Source: an uncultured Alphaproteobacteria bacterium
GTDB taxonomy: Bacteria; Pseudomonadota; Alphaproteobacteria; Acetobacterales; Acetobacteraceae
Direction of reading: 5' to 3'
DNA: 64,000 nt
NCBI GenBank assembly: GCA_963756975.1
Contig: CAVWPS010000002.1
Span: forward strand, 474,507-538,506
Both the position numbers and the translations under genes were made by a program. The notes beneath the pieces were generated by a model. The model saw nothing but the letters and a program-made list of their open reading frames with translations, was not told the origin of the DNA and did not search any database. Below, in pieces: positions 12,300 to 22,784 of this stretch. How positions within the stretch are numbered: position 1 is the first letter of the stretch; each line of letters begins with the position of its first letter.

Positions 12300-13820
12300 T
12301 CAACGGCCGGGCTGATCGGTGGCGAAGTCGCCGGTGCCGATCCAGAGGTTTTTGACCGCCCTGTAATAGGCGTTCACGTCGTACAGCGGCACGGCGAGAT
12401 TCAGATCGTAGGCCGTCAGGCGGCCGGCCGCGTTGGCGACGGAGTAGCTGTAGGTCACGAAGTTGGCCAGCGCCTGCACCAGCGTCACCCGGCTGTTGAG
12501 CAGCGTCTGCTCCGCGTTCAGCACGTCGAGCGTGGTGCGGCTGCCGACGATGGCCTCCCGCTGCACGCCTTCGAGCGCGATCTCGTTCGCCCGGATCGCG
12601 ACCCGGTCGCTGGCGATCGTGGCCTTTGCGGCGACGTAGTTCTCGTACGCCGTCACCGCCTGCTGGACCGCCGCGCGCCGCTGATCCTCGAGCTGCTTGC
12701 GCGCCTGCTGCTCCTGCTGGCGGGCCTGCCGGATCGCCGCGTATTCCATGCCGCCCTGGTAGATCGGGACCGAAACCTGGCCGGTGATCTGCTGGCCGTT
12801 GGTGTTGAAGCCGGCCTGCTGCTGACCCTGGGTGTAGAATTGCGACCCCTGCAGGCTGACGGTGGGCAGCAGCGCGCCGTAGGCGAGGTTGAACGCCTCG
12901 CGGGCCGCCTTGTCGGCGAACAGGGCGGCGACGACGTTCGGGTTGTTGGACGCCGACAGCGCCACGACCTCCTGCTCGGTCTTGGCCGGCAACGCCAGCG
13001 GCTGCGGATCGAGCAGGTCGCCCGGCAGCTCGCCCGTCTCGCGCTGGAAGTTCGCACGGCTGGTCGCGAGCGCGCCCTCCTGCGCCTCGCGCGTGGCGGT
13101 GGCTTGCGACAGCGCCGCCTCGGCCTGCGCCACGTCGGTCCGGGTGATTTCGCCGACCCGGAACCGGTCGTTGGTCGCCTGCAGCTGCTTGGCCAGCACC
13201 TGCTCGTCGTTGACGTCGAGCTGCAGCACCTGCGAGTTCGAGATCACGCCGACATAGGCCGCGATGGTGTCGGTGAAGACCTGCTGCTCGGTCACCTGCA
13301 GGGTGGCGCGCTGGCTCATCACCTGATCCTCGGCGCGGTTGATGCCCGCCACCGTGCGGCCGCCGCGATACAGAGGCTGGGTGAACGTCGCCTGTTCCTG
13401 ATAGAAGTTGCGGGTCTGCTTCGTGACCGTGTTGCCGAACACGCCGGGCTGCGTGTCGGTGCCGAACGCCCGGCCGCCGCCGCCCGACAGCACGATCTGC
13501 GGCCGCCAGTTGGCGATCTGCGCCGGCACGTTCTCATCGGTCGCGCGCGTCGCGGCGCGCTGGGCCAGCAAGGTCGGGTTGTTGCTGTACGCCGCGCCGA
13601 GCGCCTGCTGGATCGTGTGGATCCCCGGCCCCTGCGCGATGTTCATCCGGCTGGCGGAGATGACCGGATACTGCTTGCCCGTCGCCGAGGTGATCGTCCG
13701 GGGCGGATTGCCGGACGTGCTGGCCGATTGACCGGCGGATCGGGTGACGCCCTGGGCACCGGCCAAGGTCGGCAGCGCCACGCAGGTCAATAGCATCGCG
13801 GCGTACGTAAGACGGGTCAT
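12300..13820 (-). CDS. tolC: TolC family outer-membrane efflux protein
   Basis: Signal peptide MTRLTYAAMLLTCVALPTLAGAQG with GGAGG before the ATG at 13818-13820. Two TolC coiled-coil/beta-barrel repeats are present. The ORF-track start at 13847 is upstream of the RBS. Confidence 0.85.
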   Translation of the reverse strand: MTRLTYAAMLLTCVALPTLAGAQGVTRSAGQSASTSGNPPRTITSATGKQYPVISASRMNIAQGPGIHTIQQALGAAYSNNPTLLAQRAATRATDENVPAQIANWRPQIVLSGGGGRAFGTDTQPGVFGNTVTKQTRNFYQEQATFTQPLYRGGRTVAGINRAEDQVMSQRATLQVTEQQVFTDTIAAYVGVISNSQVLQLDVNDEQVLAKQLQATNDRFRVGEITRTDVAQAEAALSQATATREAQEGALATSRANFQRETGELPGDLLDPQPLALPAKTEQEVVALSASNNPNVVAALFADKAAREAFNLAYGALLPTVSLQGSQFYTQGQQQAGFNTNGQQITGQVSVPIYQGGMEYAAIRQARQQEQQARKQLEDQRRAAVQQAVTAYENYVAAKATIASDRVAIRANEIALEGVQREAIVGSRTTLDVLNAEQTLLNSRVTLVQALANFVTYSYSVANAAGRLTAYDLNLAVPLYDVNAYYRAVKNLWIGTGDFATDQPGR

Positions 13821-13893
13821 GCAAGGCACCTCCGATAACCGCATCATAATGCCTCAGCGCGCCGTCGTCGCGCCACCCGTCATCGAGCCGGGG

Positions 13894-14679
13894 TCAGAAC
13901 GTGAACTCCGGCGGCGGGGCGAGCGGGCCGAGCAGCGGGATGTTGCAGTCGAAGTGTTGGGCGAGCCCGATCCGCCCCTCGGACAGCTCGGCCACCACGG
14001 CGCGCCCGACCGCGTCGTCGCGAATGACGGTGACAAGCCGGCCGCCGAACTGCGCCGCCGACGGCCGCAACTGGCCGGCGATGACGGGCGGGATCGCCTC
14101 GACCGAGCCGTCGATCAGGATCAGGTCGTAAGGGGCCAGCGCCGGCCAGCCATCCGCGAGCCGGCCCTCGACCAAGGTGACGCGGGGGGCGAGTTCCGCG
14201 AGCAGCGGCCGCGCGACCGCGATCATGTCGGGGTCTTCCTCGAGTGCCGTGACACTCGCGCGGCACGCGTCCAGCAGCACCGCCGCGTAACCGGTATTGG
14301 CACCGACCAGCAGCGCCCGCTCGCCGGGCCGCACGCGCGCCAGCTCGATCAGCTGCGCGATCACCATCGGCTCGGTCAGCGTGCGCCCGTAGACGCCGCG
14401 CTCGGCGGTCAGCGGCACGCCTTCGTCGACATAGGCGCGCGACAGCATGGGGGCCGGCACGAAGCGATGGCGCGGCACGACGCGCATCGCGGCGAGCAGC
14501 AACGGCGAGTAGACGCGGTTCGGCCGGACCTGGCCGTCGACCATGAAATTCCGTGCCCTTGCGTACAAATCCTCGCCGCGCATCGCGACCGGGTGCGCGG
14601 CGCGGGCCAGCCTGTCGCGCGACAGCGGATCGGGCAACGCCATGGCCGGCTTGGTCGTCGGAAGATCGGCGGTGTCCAT
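13894..14679 (-). CDS. pcm: Protein-L-isoaspartate O-methyltransferase
   Basis: MVDGQVRPNRV...VPRHRFVP, a SAM motif LLVGANTGYAAVLL, and DLILIDGSV. The ORF-track start (14850) overlaps the tRNA-Cys gene. Start placed at MDTADL (14679, GAGG upstream); MRGEDLY (14583) is an alternative. Confidence 0.75.
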   Translation of the reverse strand: MDTADLPTTKPAMALPDPLSRDRLARAAHPVAMRGEDLYARARNFMVDGQVRPNRVYSPLLLAAMRVVPRHRFVPAPMLSRAYVDEGVPLTAERGVYGRTLTEPMVIAQLIELARVRPGERALLVGANTGYAAVLLDACRASVTALEEDPDMIAVARPLLAELAPRVTLVEGRLADGWPALAPYDLILIDGSVEAIPPVIAGQLRPSAAQFGGRLVTVIRDDAVGRAVVAELSEGRIGLAQHFDCNIPLLGPLAPPPEFTF

Positions 14680-14814
14680 GACCGCCTCATACGGCGAGCG
14701 GCGCATCGCCTCAAGTGTCCGCGTCTTAACCCAAACGGGCCGACCGCGTGCTTGACCGGCTTCGGCCGACAGTCGATATCGGCGCGTGCCCAAGTCGCGG
14801 CAAAACCGTGCACG

Positions 14815-14888
14815 GGTCCGGTGGCAGAGTGGTGATGCAACGGACTGCAAATCCGTGAATGCCGGTTCGATTCCGGCCCGGACCTCCA
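14815..14888 (+). tRNA. tRNA-Cys (GCA)
   Basis: Acceptor GGTCCGG/CCGGACC, anticodon stem ACGGA/TCCGT with loop CTGCAAA (anticodon GCA), T-arm GCCGG-TTCGATT-CCGGC, CCA encoded. Lies between pcm (divergent) and tonB. Confidence 0.8.
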
Positions 14889-14899
14889 GGCTCGGCTAC

Positions 14900-15997
14900 A
14901 TGCACCCTGCCCCGGTCGATCGTCTCGTCCAGCGCCGCCGTTACGGCCGCACCGGACGATTGTCGATCGCCGCCGCGATCCTGCTGCATCTGCTGGCGGT
15001 GGCGTTGCTGGTGCTGGTGATCCGCAAGCAGCCGCCAGCCCCGCAGGCCGCCCCGTCCGAGGTGGCGCTGCTGTTCGACGGCGGATTGCGTCAATCATCG
15101 CCATTGCCCCCGACCGAGCGGCCGTCGCAGGCGCCGATGCCGTCGCAGACGCCCGGTGTCGACACCCAGGACAGCGCGTCGTCGAGCCCGCCGCCGCCGC
15201 CCGCCGAGATCTCGCCGCCCACGCCCGCCCTGCCGACGCCTCCGGTGGCGCCGTCGGTGGAACCCCCGGCCACCGCCGAGCCGCCCGTGCCGGAGGCGAC
15301 CGCGCCCGAAACCGCGAGCCCCACGCCGTCCGCGCCCGAATTGCCGAACGCCACGGCAGCACCGCCGGACGTGACGGGAAGCGCGCCGCCCCCGCCGGCG
15401 GTCGCCAGCCGCGAGCCGCCGGCGGTCGCCGCCCGTCCGCCCACGACACGCCCGACGCCGCCGAGGCAGCAACCGCGTCCCGTCGTGCGGTCGTTCCGGC
15501 CGAGCCAGCCGCGCTTCACCGCCGACGGCTTCCCGACGACACTGTTCGGCTCGACCGATCTCTCGGGGCACTCGAGCGTCACGCGTCACGCGTCGAATGC
15601 GGCGCCGCCTCGGCAACTCGCTCGATCGTCAATGGTGAGCGACGTTCACGGCGCAGAGGATTTGGGTGCCGACTGGCTCGGCGAACTGCTTGATTACGTC
15701 GACCAGCACAAACGCTATCCAGAGCAGGCGGCAGAAAATCGGGACGAGGGCGACAGCACTGTCCAGTTCGTGGTGAATCGCGACGGTCACGTTTCGGCCC
15801 GAGATGTGGATTTGGTTGGTCGGTCCGGATCGCAGTGGCTCGATCTAGGTTTGATGGGCCTATTCCGGGGAGCGCACTTACCGCCGTTTCCGCCAGGCGC
15901 ACCGCACGACACGCGAGACGGTCGTGTTTACGATGCACTACGTCATCGTGCGGTGAGGACACCGGCCGTAAACCCTCACCCCGGCCCTCTCCCATAA
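14900..15997 (+). CDS. tonB: Energy transducer TonB family protein
   Basis: N-terminal TM anchor (LSIAAAILLHLLAVALLVLVI), a long Pro/Ala-rich spacer, and a C-terminal TonB domain (DSTVQFVVNRDGHVSARDV...GSQWLD). The ORF-track start runs through the tRNA; ATG at 14900 chosen. Confidence 0.75.
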   Translation: MHPAPVDRLVQRRRYGRTGRLSIAAAILLHLLAVALLVLVIRKQPPAPQAAPSEVALLFDGGLRQSSPLPPTERPSQAPMPSQTPGVDTQDSASSSPPPPPAEISPPTPALPTPPVAPSVEPPATAEPPVPEATAPETASPTPSAPELPNATAAPPDVTGSAPPPPAVASREPPAVAARPPTTRPTPPRQQPRPVVRSFRPSQPRFTADGFPTTLFGSTDLSGHSSVTRHASNAAPPRQLARSSMVSDVHGAEDLGADWLGELLDYVDQHKRYPEQAAENRDEGDSTVQFVVNRDGHVSARDVDLVGRSGSQWLDLGLMGLFRGAHLPPFPPGAPHDTRDGRVYDALRHRAVRTPAVNPHPGPLP

Positions 15998-16055
15998 GAC
16001 GGGAGAGGGAGCAGCTTTCTTCTCCCTCTCCCCCCGGGAGAGGGCCGGGGTGAGG
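15973..16055. repeat. REP-like compound palindromic repeat, copy 1 (core GGGAGAGGGCCGGGGTGAGGG)
   Basis: CCCTCACCCCGGCCCTCTCCC ... GGGAGAGGGCCGGGGTGAGGG with an inner GGGAGAGGGA/TCCCTCTCCC hairpin. Sits between the convergent tonB and opgH stops. Related copies are at 31011-31072 and 55397-55481. Confidence 0.6.
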
Positions 16056-16060
16056 GTGGC

Positions 16061-18121
16061 TTAGAGCCCCGCCAGAGCCGCCGGATCGCTCAGCAACGCC
16101 ACACGCTCGGCCCGCGTCAGCCCATCCCACACCGCGTTGGCATCCCCCGCCTCCTCCAGCTTCGCCCGGGCCAGCAACGCCGCCGGATCGAACGGCTCCC
16201 CCGCGCGGCGCGGCGGCGGCAGCATGGCGAGGTGCTGCTCGCGCAACCCCGGATCGGCGGCGAGCCTCGCGAGTGCCCCGGCCGTCACAGCCGGCGCCTC
16301 GCGCATCATCGCGTGCGCCCGCGCGACCTCGGCCGGCGGCTCGGTCTCCTCCGGCGTGCGCAGCAATCCCATGCGGCGGAACGCGCGGCCCGCGCCGGTG
16401 CCGGCCGTCCAGGCGGCGAGCGGGATGACGAACGCCCAGCCGAGCACGACCGGCGACATCCACGCGAGCAGCGACGGCGACACGGCGAACGCGGCGGCCC
16501 CGAGCAGCAGGCCGAACACCATGTAGTTGCCGTACGCGCGATTGACGTCCGACCACACGACCGCGCCGCCGTCGCGCCGCTGCGTCACCCAGCCGCTCTC
16601 GCGCCCGCGCAAAATGCCCCACACCGCCCAGCTCTGCATCAGCATCGTGGTCGGCGCCAGCAGCCCGGTCAGCACCGTCTCCGTCAGCATGGACACGAAC
16701 GCGCGGATCGCACCCCCGCAGCCGCGCCGCAGCACCGGATCGCGAAGCAGTGCGACATAGGCGAGCAATTTCGGCAGCAGCAGCACCGCCATCGTGAAGA
16801 TGAACACCCACATCGACCGCACCGGGTCGATCTTCGGCCAGGTCGGGAACAGCGACCGCTCGCCGGTCGGGAAGTAGTCCGGCGTCTGGAACCGCGCCTG
16901 CAACGACACGAAAATGCCGAGCAGCAGGAACGCGAGCCACATCGGTGCCGTCAGATAGCTGCCGATGCCCATCATCAGGTGCAGCCGGCTGACCCAGTGC
17001 AGCCCGCGCGCCGGCAGCACCGCCGCGTGCTGCAGATTGCCCTGGCACCAGCGCCGGTCGCGCACGGCGAGGTCGGTCAGCGACGGCGGGCCTTCCTCGT
17101 AGCTGCCGGACAGGCCGGGCAGCATTTTCACTTCCCATCCGGCACGCCGCAGCAGCGCCGCCTCGACGAAATCGTGGCTCAGGATATGGCCGCCGAACGG
17201 GGCCGCGCCGGGCAGCGTCGGCAGCCCGGCGTCGGCGGCGAAGGCGGCGGTGCGGATGATCGCGTTGTGGCCCCAGTAGTTGCCCTCGCTGCCATGCCAC
17301 CACGCGATGCCATGCGCGATCAGCGGCCCGTACACGCGGCCGGCGAATTGCTGCATGCGGGCGAACAGAGTCTCGGCACCGACGATCACCGGCAGCGTCT
17401 GCAACAGCCCGACCGCCGGATCGGCCGTCATCGCGACCGACAGCCGCACCAGCAACTCGGCCGACATCACGCTGTCCGCGTCCAGGATCAGCATCTGCGG
17501 ATACGCGCCGCCGTGGGCGCGCACCCACTCCGCGATGTTGCCCGCCTTGCGCTCGGTGTTGCGCGGCCGGCGGCGGTAGAACAGCTTCGCGTCGGGCGGC
17601 AGGCGCGAGCGCAGCGCCATCCACGCCGCCTCCTCGGCGACCCAAACATCGGGATCGGTCGTGTCGGACAGGATGAAGATGTCGAACCACTCGGTGACGC
17701 CGCGCGCGTCGAGCGCGGCGCGCATCGCTTCCAGCGCCGCCATGACGCGGGTCGGCGGCTCGTTGTAGGTCGGCATCAGCAGCGCCGTCTTGACGGTGGG
17801 CTCGCCGACCGGGCCGGGCGCCTTCGCCCGCATCAGCGAGACGAACCCGGCGACCGCACTGGTCGCGGCGAGCGCGATCCAGGCGAACAGGGCGACGTAC
17901 AACCCGAGGATCAGGCATTCGAGCGCGGTCAGCCCGACCACGGCCAGCACGCCGTACATTTCGCGCGCGGCCGCGACGGTCAGGACGATCGCGCCGCCGA
18001 CGACCGCGAACCGCCGCCACCGCCGCCCGCCGATCCGCACTTTCAACCGCGCGGCCGGCCGCGCGCGCAAGCTTTGCGGCACCATGTCGAGCGGTGTGCC
18101 CGCCGGCATAGCCTGGAACAT
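16061..18121 (-). CDS. opgH: Glucans biosynthesis glucosyltransferase H (OPG synthase, GT2)
   Basis: 686 aa. MPTYNEPP, ILSDTTDPDV, LILDADSVM and GHNAIIR are MdoH/OpgH signatures. Multiple TM segments. Confidence 0.9.
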   Translation of the reverse strand: MFQAMPAGTPLDMVPQSLRARPAARLKVRIGGRRWRRFAVVGGAIVLTVAAAREMYGVLAVVGLTALECLILGLYVALFAWIALAATSAVAGFVSLMRAKAPGPVGEPTVKTALLMPTYNEPPTRVMAALEAMRAALDARGVTEWFDIFILSDTTDPDVWVAEEAAWMALRSRLPPDAKLFYRRRPRNTERKAGNIAEWVRAHGGAYPQMLILDADSVMSAELLVRLSVAMTADPAVGLLQTLPVIVGAETLFARMQQFAGRVYGPLIAHGIAWWHGSEGNYWGHNAIIRTAAFAADAGLPTLPGAAPFGGHILSHDFVEAALLRRAGWEVKMLPGLSGSYEEGPPSLTDLAVRDRRWCQGNLQHAAVLPARGLHWVSRLHLMMGIGSYLTAPMWLAFLLLGIFVSLQARFQTPDYFPTGERSLFPTWPKIDPVRSMWVFIFTMAVLLLPKLLAYVALLRDPVLRRGCGGAIRAFVSMLTETVLTGLLAPTTMLMQSWAVWGILRGRESGWVTQRRDGGAVVWSDVNRAYGNYMVFGLLLGAAAFAVSPSLLAWMSPVVLGWAFVIPLAAWTAGTGAGRAFRRMGLLRTPEETEPPAEVARAHAMMREAPAVTAGALARLAADPGLREQHLAMLPPPRRAGEPFDPAALLARAKLEEAGDANAVWDGLTRAERVALLSDPAALAGL

Positions 18122-18128
18122 CAGGGCG

Positions 18129-19667
18129 TCACGCCGGCGTCCAGCGGTACAGCCACGTCTCCGACAGCGGCCCCTGATCGTCGACCAGCCGCGCCCGCAT
18201 CTCGACCACCGGCGCGCCCTGCGTATCCAGCTCGAAACTGGCCCGCCACGTGTTCGGCACTTCGGTGTTGTAGGTCGTGACCGGCGACAGGATCTTGCCG
18301 TGATCCGACGTCACCTCCAGGCGCGGCTTGCTGTCGGCGGTGAGCTTCCCGCCGCCGATGTCGAGCACGAACTCCCGCGTCTTGCCGCCGAAACTGACGC
18401 CGGAGCGGGTCGCGATCACGCGCGCGATCTCGGGCAGCATCGGGGCGGCGACGCACCAGTGCAGGCGGTAGGTGAAGATGTATTCGGACTTCGCCTTCAG
18501 CGGCGCTTTCGGCCGCCAGAACGCGACCATGTTGTCGTCGACCTCGGATTTGGTCGGGATCTCGATCAGCATCACCGCCCCCTCGCCCGGATCGCCGATC
18601 GGCTCGACCCACAGGCTCGGACGCTTCTCGTAGTCGGTCTCGAGATCCTGGTAGTCCTCGAACTTTCGCGCCCGCTGCATCAGGCCGAACCCGCGCGGGG
18701 ACGCGTCCGAGAATACGCTGACCTGAAGGTTGTGCGGGTTGACCAGCGGCCGCCACACCTGCTCGCCGCGCCCGGTCCACAATTCCAGCCCGTCGCTGTC
18801 GTGCACCGCCGGACGCCAGTCGTCGAAACCGGTGTGCGCGGCGGGGCCGAAATCGAACATGCTGGTCAGCGGTGCCAGGCCCGCCTGATCGATGTCGACG
18901 CGCGGATAGACGTAGCTCTCGATATCCATCGTCGTGTCGTCGCCGGGCCGGACGGTGAACTTGTAGGCGCCGCTCGCCGACGGACTATCGAGCAGCGCGT
19001 GCAGCACGAACACGGTCGTGTTCGGCTGCGGCCGCTCGAGCCAGAACTCCCGGAACACGGGGAATTCCTCGTCGCGATCCATGCCGGTGTTGATCGCCAG
19101 GCCCCGCGCCGAGATGCCGTAGCCCATGCCGCGCGCGATCGCGCGGAAATAGGACGCGCCGAGGAACGCGCAGACCTCGTCGGTGCCGGTCGCCTTCGGG
19201 TTGGTCGAATGGATGCGGAAGCCGGCGAAGCCGATGTCGCCGGCGGGCGGTTTCGGGTTGGGGCCGAAATCGAACAGGTCGGGGCTGTAGACGATCCGGG
19301 TGGCGGTGCCGTCCGCGACCTCGTTGATGTCGACGCGGTCCTTGAACAGGAAGCCGCGATGGAAGAACTGCGCCTCGAACGGCAGGTTCTGGCCGCGCCA
19401 CAGCGCGTGCGCGGGGTCGAAGCGGATCGACCGGAAATGGTCGTAATCCATGGTGTTGAACGCGTCGGGGAGCTTCTTGTCCGGCGCCGCGTACGGCTTG
19501 GCCGACAACTCCCGCGCCCGCGTGCGGACCGTGTTGGCGTCGAACGGCGTCGGGCCGGACGGCGTCGCGCTGGCGGGGGCGTCGGCCGCCCATGCCGGGA
19601 GGGCGATGGCGGCTTGGACCGCGAGGGCCGTGGTCAGGAGCAATCGACGCCGCATCATATGTTCCAT
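18129..19667 (-). CDS. opgG: Periplasmic glucan biosynthesis protein OpgG/OpgD family
   Basis: 512 aa. Tat-type signal MMRRRLLLTTALAVQAAIALPAWA. MdoG family motifs FRSIRFDPAHALW and FEAQFFHRG. Upstream of and co-oriented with opgH. Confidence 0.9.
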   Translation of the reverse strand: MEHMMRRRLLLTTALAVQAAIALPAWAADAPASATPSGPTPFDANTVRTRARELSAKPYAAPDKKLPDAFNTMDYDHFRSIRFDPAHALWRGQNLPFEAQFFHRGFLFKDRVDINEVADGTATRIVYSPDLFDFGPNPKPPAGDIGFAGFRIHSTNPKATGTDEVCAFLGASYFRAIARGMGYGISARGLAINTGMDRDEEFPVFREFWLERPQPNTTVFVLHALLDSPSASGAYKFTVRPGDDTTMDIESYVYPRVDIDQAGLAPLTSMFDFGPAAHTGFDDWRPAVHDSDGLELWTGRGEQVWRPLVNPHNLQVSVFSDASPRGFGLMQRARKFEDYQDLETDYEKRPSLWVEPIGDPGEGAVMLIEIPTKSEVDDNMVAFWRPKAPLKAKSEYIFTYRLHWCVAAPMLPEIARVIATRSGVSFGGKTREFVLDIGGGKLTADSKPRLEVTSDHGKILSPVTTYNTEVPNTWRASFELDTQGAPVVEMRARLVDDQGPLSETWLYRWTPA

Positions 19668-19705
19668 GTCGCATCAGACGCGGCGCGAGTGGCCAAGGTT
19701 TCGTT

Positions 19706-20936
19706 TCAGGCGGCGATGATCGCCCGCAGCATCGGCACCAGCGCCTCGGCCGCCACCACCGCCGCCGCGTCGTTCGGGTGCGTCGCGTCGCCGCTGTCGT
19801 AGTCCGGCCGATACCCGGTCGGGCTCGCCCCGTCACCCCATAATTGATCGAGGTCCAGCACCGGGAGCCCGGACGCCCGCACCCGCTCGTTGCTCTCGCG
19901 CCTGAACACCTCGACGGCCGGGCGCTTGCCGAACACCGGGGCGGCGGTGACCAGGATCGGCGCCCCGCCCACCTGCCGCACCGCGTCGACCAGCCGCATC
20001 GCGAGGTCGTAGGCGCCCCTCGCCTCCTCCCGCGCCCACGGGTCGTTCTCGCTCCAGGCCTGGATCAGTGCCACCTGCGGCCGGATCAGGCCGATCGAGC
20101 GCAGTCCGTCCGCCGCGTAATCGGCCGAGCGGCGGCCGGCGTAGCCCTCGTTGAAGTAGCTGACCGGCAGCGCCGGCGTGGACATCGTGGCGCAGGCCCA
20201 GCGCGCCGAACCCGCTCACGCCGTTGGTCGTCGAGAACGACTGCATGATGCTGTCGCCGATCCCCATCACGGTCGCACCCGCCGTCGCGGTTTCGTATTG
20301 CAGCCCGTAGCAGGCGTGAACGAGGTCGAGCGGTTGGCCCGCCTCCATCGCGAACGGCGGCGACGCGGCATCGCCCACGGACCACGCACCGGCCCAGCTC
20401 CGGCCCATCGCGGGATCGGGCGGCCCGCCCGGCGAGAACCGGATCCGCCCGTGCGAGAAACACCGCACCAGCAGCAACGCGCCCGGTCCGCCGTCGCGGC
20501 GCGGCACCGGGTCGATGTCGATCCAGTCCGACATGCCGAGCACCGGCACGCCCGCCGGTCCGCCGTCGCCCGGCAGCGTCAGGCGGTGCGGGTCGGGGCC
20601 CGGGAACGTCACCCGCCGCCACGCGCCGGGGTTGTCGCGACCGTCGCCGTCCAACGGCGTGAGAGCCGCGGTCGCCTCGCTGGTTTGGGCCACGGCGGCC
20701 GCGTCCACGGTCCAGGCATCCTGCTCGTGGTTGAACCAGAACAGGCGGACACGGGACGCCGGGGCTTCGATCACGTACCGGCTGCAGAACGTCTGCCCGG
20801 CGCTGCCCGCGTCCTCGTAAAAGCCGTTTTGCGGCCGGAACCCGAGCGTCGTCGTCAGCGCCACCGGTCCCGCCGGCGACGCCGCGACCCGCGTCTTGCG
20901 CCGGAATTTCAGCAGCCGTGCGGCGAGCGAGATCAT
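19706..20936 (-). pseudogene. SGNH/GDSL hydrolase family protein with N-terminal beta-sandwich domain; apparent 1-nt frameshift near 20190
   Basis: Block I GIGDSIMQS is in the frame of ORF 19833..20936. Block II/III/V (NEGYAGRRSAD, SENDP, GDATHPNDAA = DxxH) are in the frame of ORF 19706..20185. The two frames meet at ...ggcgcgctgggcctgcgccacgatg. Confidence 0.6.
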
Positions 20937-20969
20937 GGCCGCCTTCTATCCCCGCGAACGGGACGGCCG

Positions 20970-21797
20970 CTACTCCACGAAGGCCAGCGCCACCCCGCCC
21001 GCATCCGCCGCGTCGACCACGATCCGCCCGGATTCCTCCCGCGCCGCAACGCCGCCCTGACGGAGCGCCGCGCGCACCTTGGTCCGTGACATCGTGCGCA
21101 ACGTCAGTGCCGCCATCGCCTCCGCCCGGTCCATGTCGGGGAACGCCGATGGTCCCCAGTGCCGCTCGAACGCCGCGCGCTCGACCACCTCGACCCGCGT
21201 CAGCGCGCAGGCGAGCCGGACGCCGCCGGGAATGCCGCCCACCGCGTCCGGCCCGAACAGGTCGGCGAACAGATCGCCGAGCACCCGAGGATCGCGCGCT
21301 AAAATGGTCGCGGACTCGATGCCGACCACGCCGTTCGGATGCACCCGCCACTCGTCGCGCCAGACCAGGGCGCGCGTGCGGTGTTCGCAGAAGTAGACCC
21401 GCCCCGACGCGACCAGCCCCGGTTGCAGGTTGACGGTGCGAAACGACGCCGGCGCCCCGCCCGCCGCCTCGACCGGACGGGAGAAATCGAGCGGCGGGTC
21501 GGCCGGCACCCCCGCCGCCTGCAGCGCGACATACGTGCGCGCCGCGTCCTCGGTGCCGAACACCAATCCGTTCAGCCCGGCCGGCCACTGCATCGACGGC
21601 AGGTCGGTGCGCGCGGCCGGTGCGCCGATCAGCTCCAGGTAATCGGTGCCGAACATCGCCAGATGGTTCGCCGACCCCAGCGTATGCCGGCCCATCGGCG
21701 TCAGCGCGAAACCGAGCCGCTGCCAAAGCTCGGCCGCCCCCACAAGATTGTCCCGCGTGTTGACGACCACATGATCGAGCGTCGCGACGACGCTCAT
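20970..21797 (-). CDS. VOC (glyoxalase/bleomycin-resistance/dioxygenase) family protein
   Basis: 275 aa. MSVVATLDHVVVNTRDNLVGAAELWQRLGF is a glyoxalase-like domain. The start overlaps the upstream gene's stop (ATGA at ~21794-21797). It forms the 3' part of the long ORF 20970..22676, whose 5' two-thirds are antisense junk. Confidence 0.7.
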   Translation of the reverse strand: MSVVATLDHVVVNTRDNLVGAAELWQRLGFALTPMGRHTLGSANHLAMFGTDYLELIGAPAARTDLPSMQWPAGLNGLVFGTEDAARTYVALQAAGVPADPPLDFSRPVEAAGGAPASFRTVNLQPGLVASGRVYFCEHRTRALVWRDEWRVHPNGVVGIESATILARDPRVLGDLFADLFGPDAVGGIPGGVRLACALTRVEVVERAAFERHWGPSAFPDMDRAEAMAALTLRTMSRTKVRAALRQGGVAAREESGRIVVDAADAGGVALAFVE

Positions 21798-22676
21798 TCG
21801 CGCATGGCCCAGCCCTGCATCTCGAGCCCCGGACGGTAGTTCTGCGGGTTCATCCAGGCGGAGCGGTTGACCAGCGGGCGCGCGTACATCGGGTGACGCA
21901 TCGAGCGCACCTCGTGCTCGACCGTCACCAGCAGATCGCCGGTGTCCAAATCCACGATATCCTGAAACCGGTACTGGCTGGCGTTGCTCTCCTCGGTGAT
22001 CAGCCCGCGCGCCAGCAGCTTCGCGTGCGGGCCGGAGAAGTCGGCCAGCGTGATCTGCAGATGGTCGCCCTGGTAGTCGGGCCGCATCGTCGCCGTCTCG
22101 CGGAAGATCAGGGTGAAATCGGTGCCCATCGAAACGCGGCACTCGGTCCCGCTCGCCGTCGCGGGGCTGCCCAGAATCTCGCGATAGAAGCGCGCGATCC
22201 GCTCGACCGTGCCGGTGGGCGTGTCCAGTTCGACATACGGCATGCCGAGCACGATCGGGCCGAACCGCTCCGGGTCGGGCGCGTGGCAGCGGATGCGGTT
22301 GCCCCATGGGCACGTCACCTCGACCGCGTCGCCCACGATCCGCATCGTCGCCGCATGCCCGTCCTTGAGGCGCGGCAGCACCCGGTTCGAGGCGAGCGGG
22401 CAGCGCCTCGATGTCGGGCACGACCAGCCCGACGGTGCCGCGCACGACCTGCGGTTTGCCGGTCGGCAGGTGGAACTGCGACGTGCCGACGTTCACCCAC
22501 ATGTTGTCGACGCCGACGTTGATGAACGGATCGCGCGTCAGGCCGAGCCCGGTGACGTAGAACAGCGTCGCCTCGCGCTGATCCGGCACGAAGACGTTGA
22601 CGTGCCCGAACTCGACGATGTTGCCCACATCGTCCGTCGTGCGGTCGAAACTCGCCGGCATTGTTTGCTGGTCCAC
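21794..22676 (-). pseudogene. Two-domain VOC family protein with apparent frameshift near 22385
   Basis: N-terminal VOC domain (IVEFGHVNVFVPDQREATLFYVTGLGL ... VPDIEALPARLE) is in one frame. The second VOC domain (LPRLKDGHAATMRIVGD...GMPYVELDTPTGTVERIARFYREILG...DHLQITLADFSG) is in the +1 frame. Both read as good protein. The switch point is at a ccgggtg run. Confidence 0.5.
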
Positions 22677-22784
22677 GGTGTTCCCCCTCCCCCTCGGTTA
22701 TGGACGATGGTGCGCCGTCGCCGCCCCACTTTCCAGGTGTGCCGCTCGTGGGCCAGTGTGCCGTCCCCGATCAGGAGCCCTGCA

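Noticed and set aside
20970-22676. Single 568-aa protein as listed in the ORF track
   Set aside because: Only the first ~100 aa and the last 275 aa read as real protein. The middle is junk, while another frame (21794..22381) carries a clean VOC domain. Better explained as two genes, one of them frameshifted.
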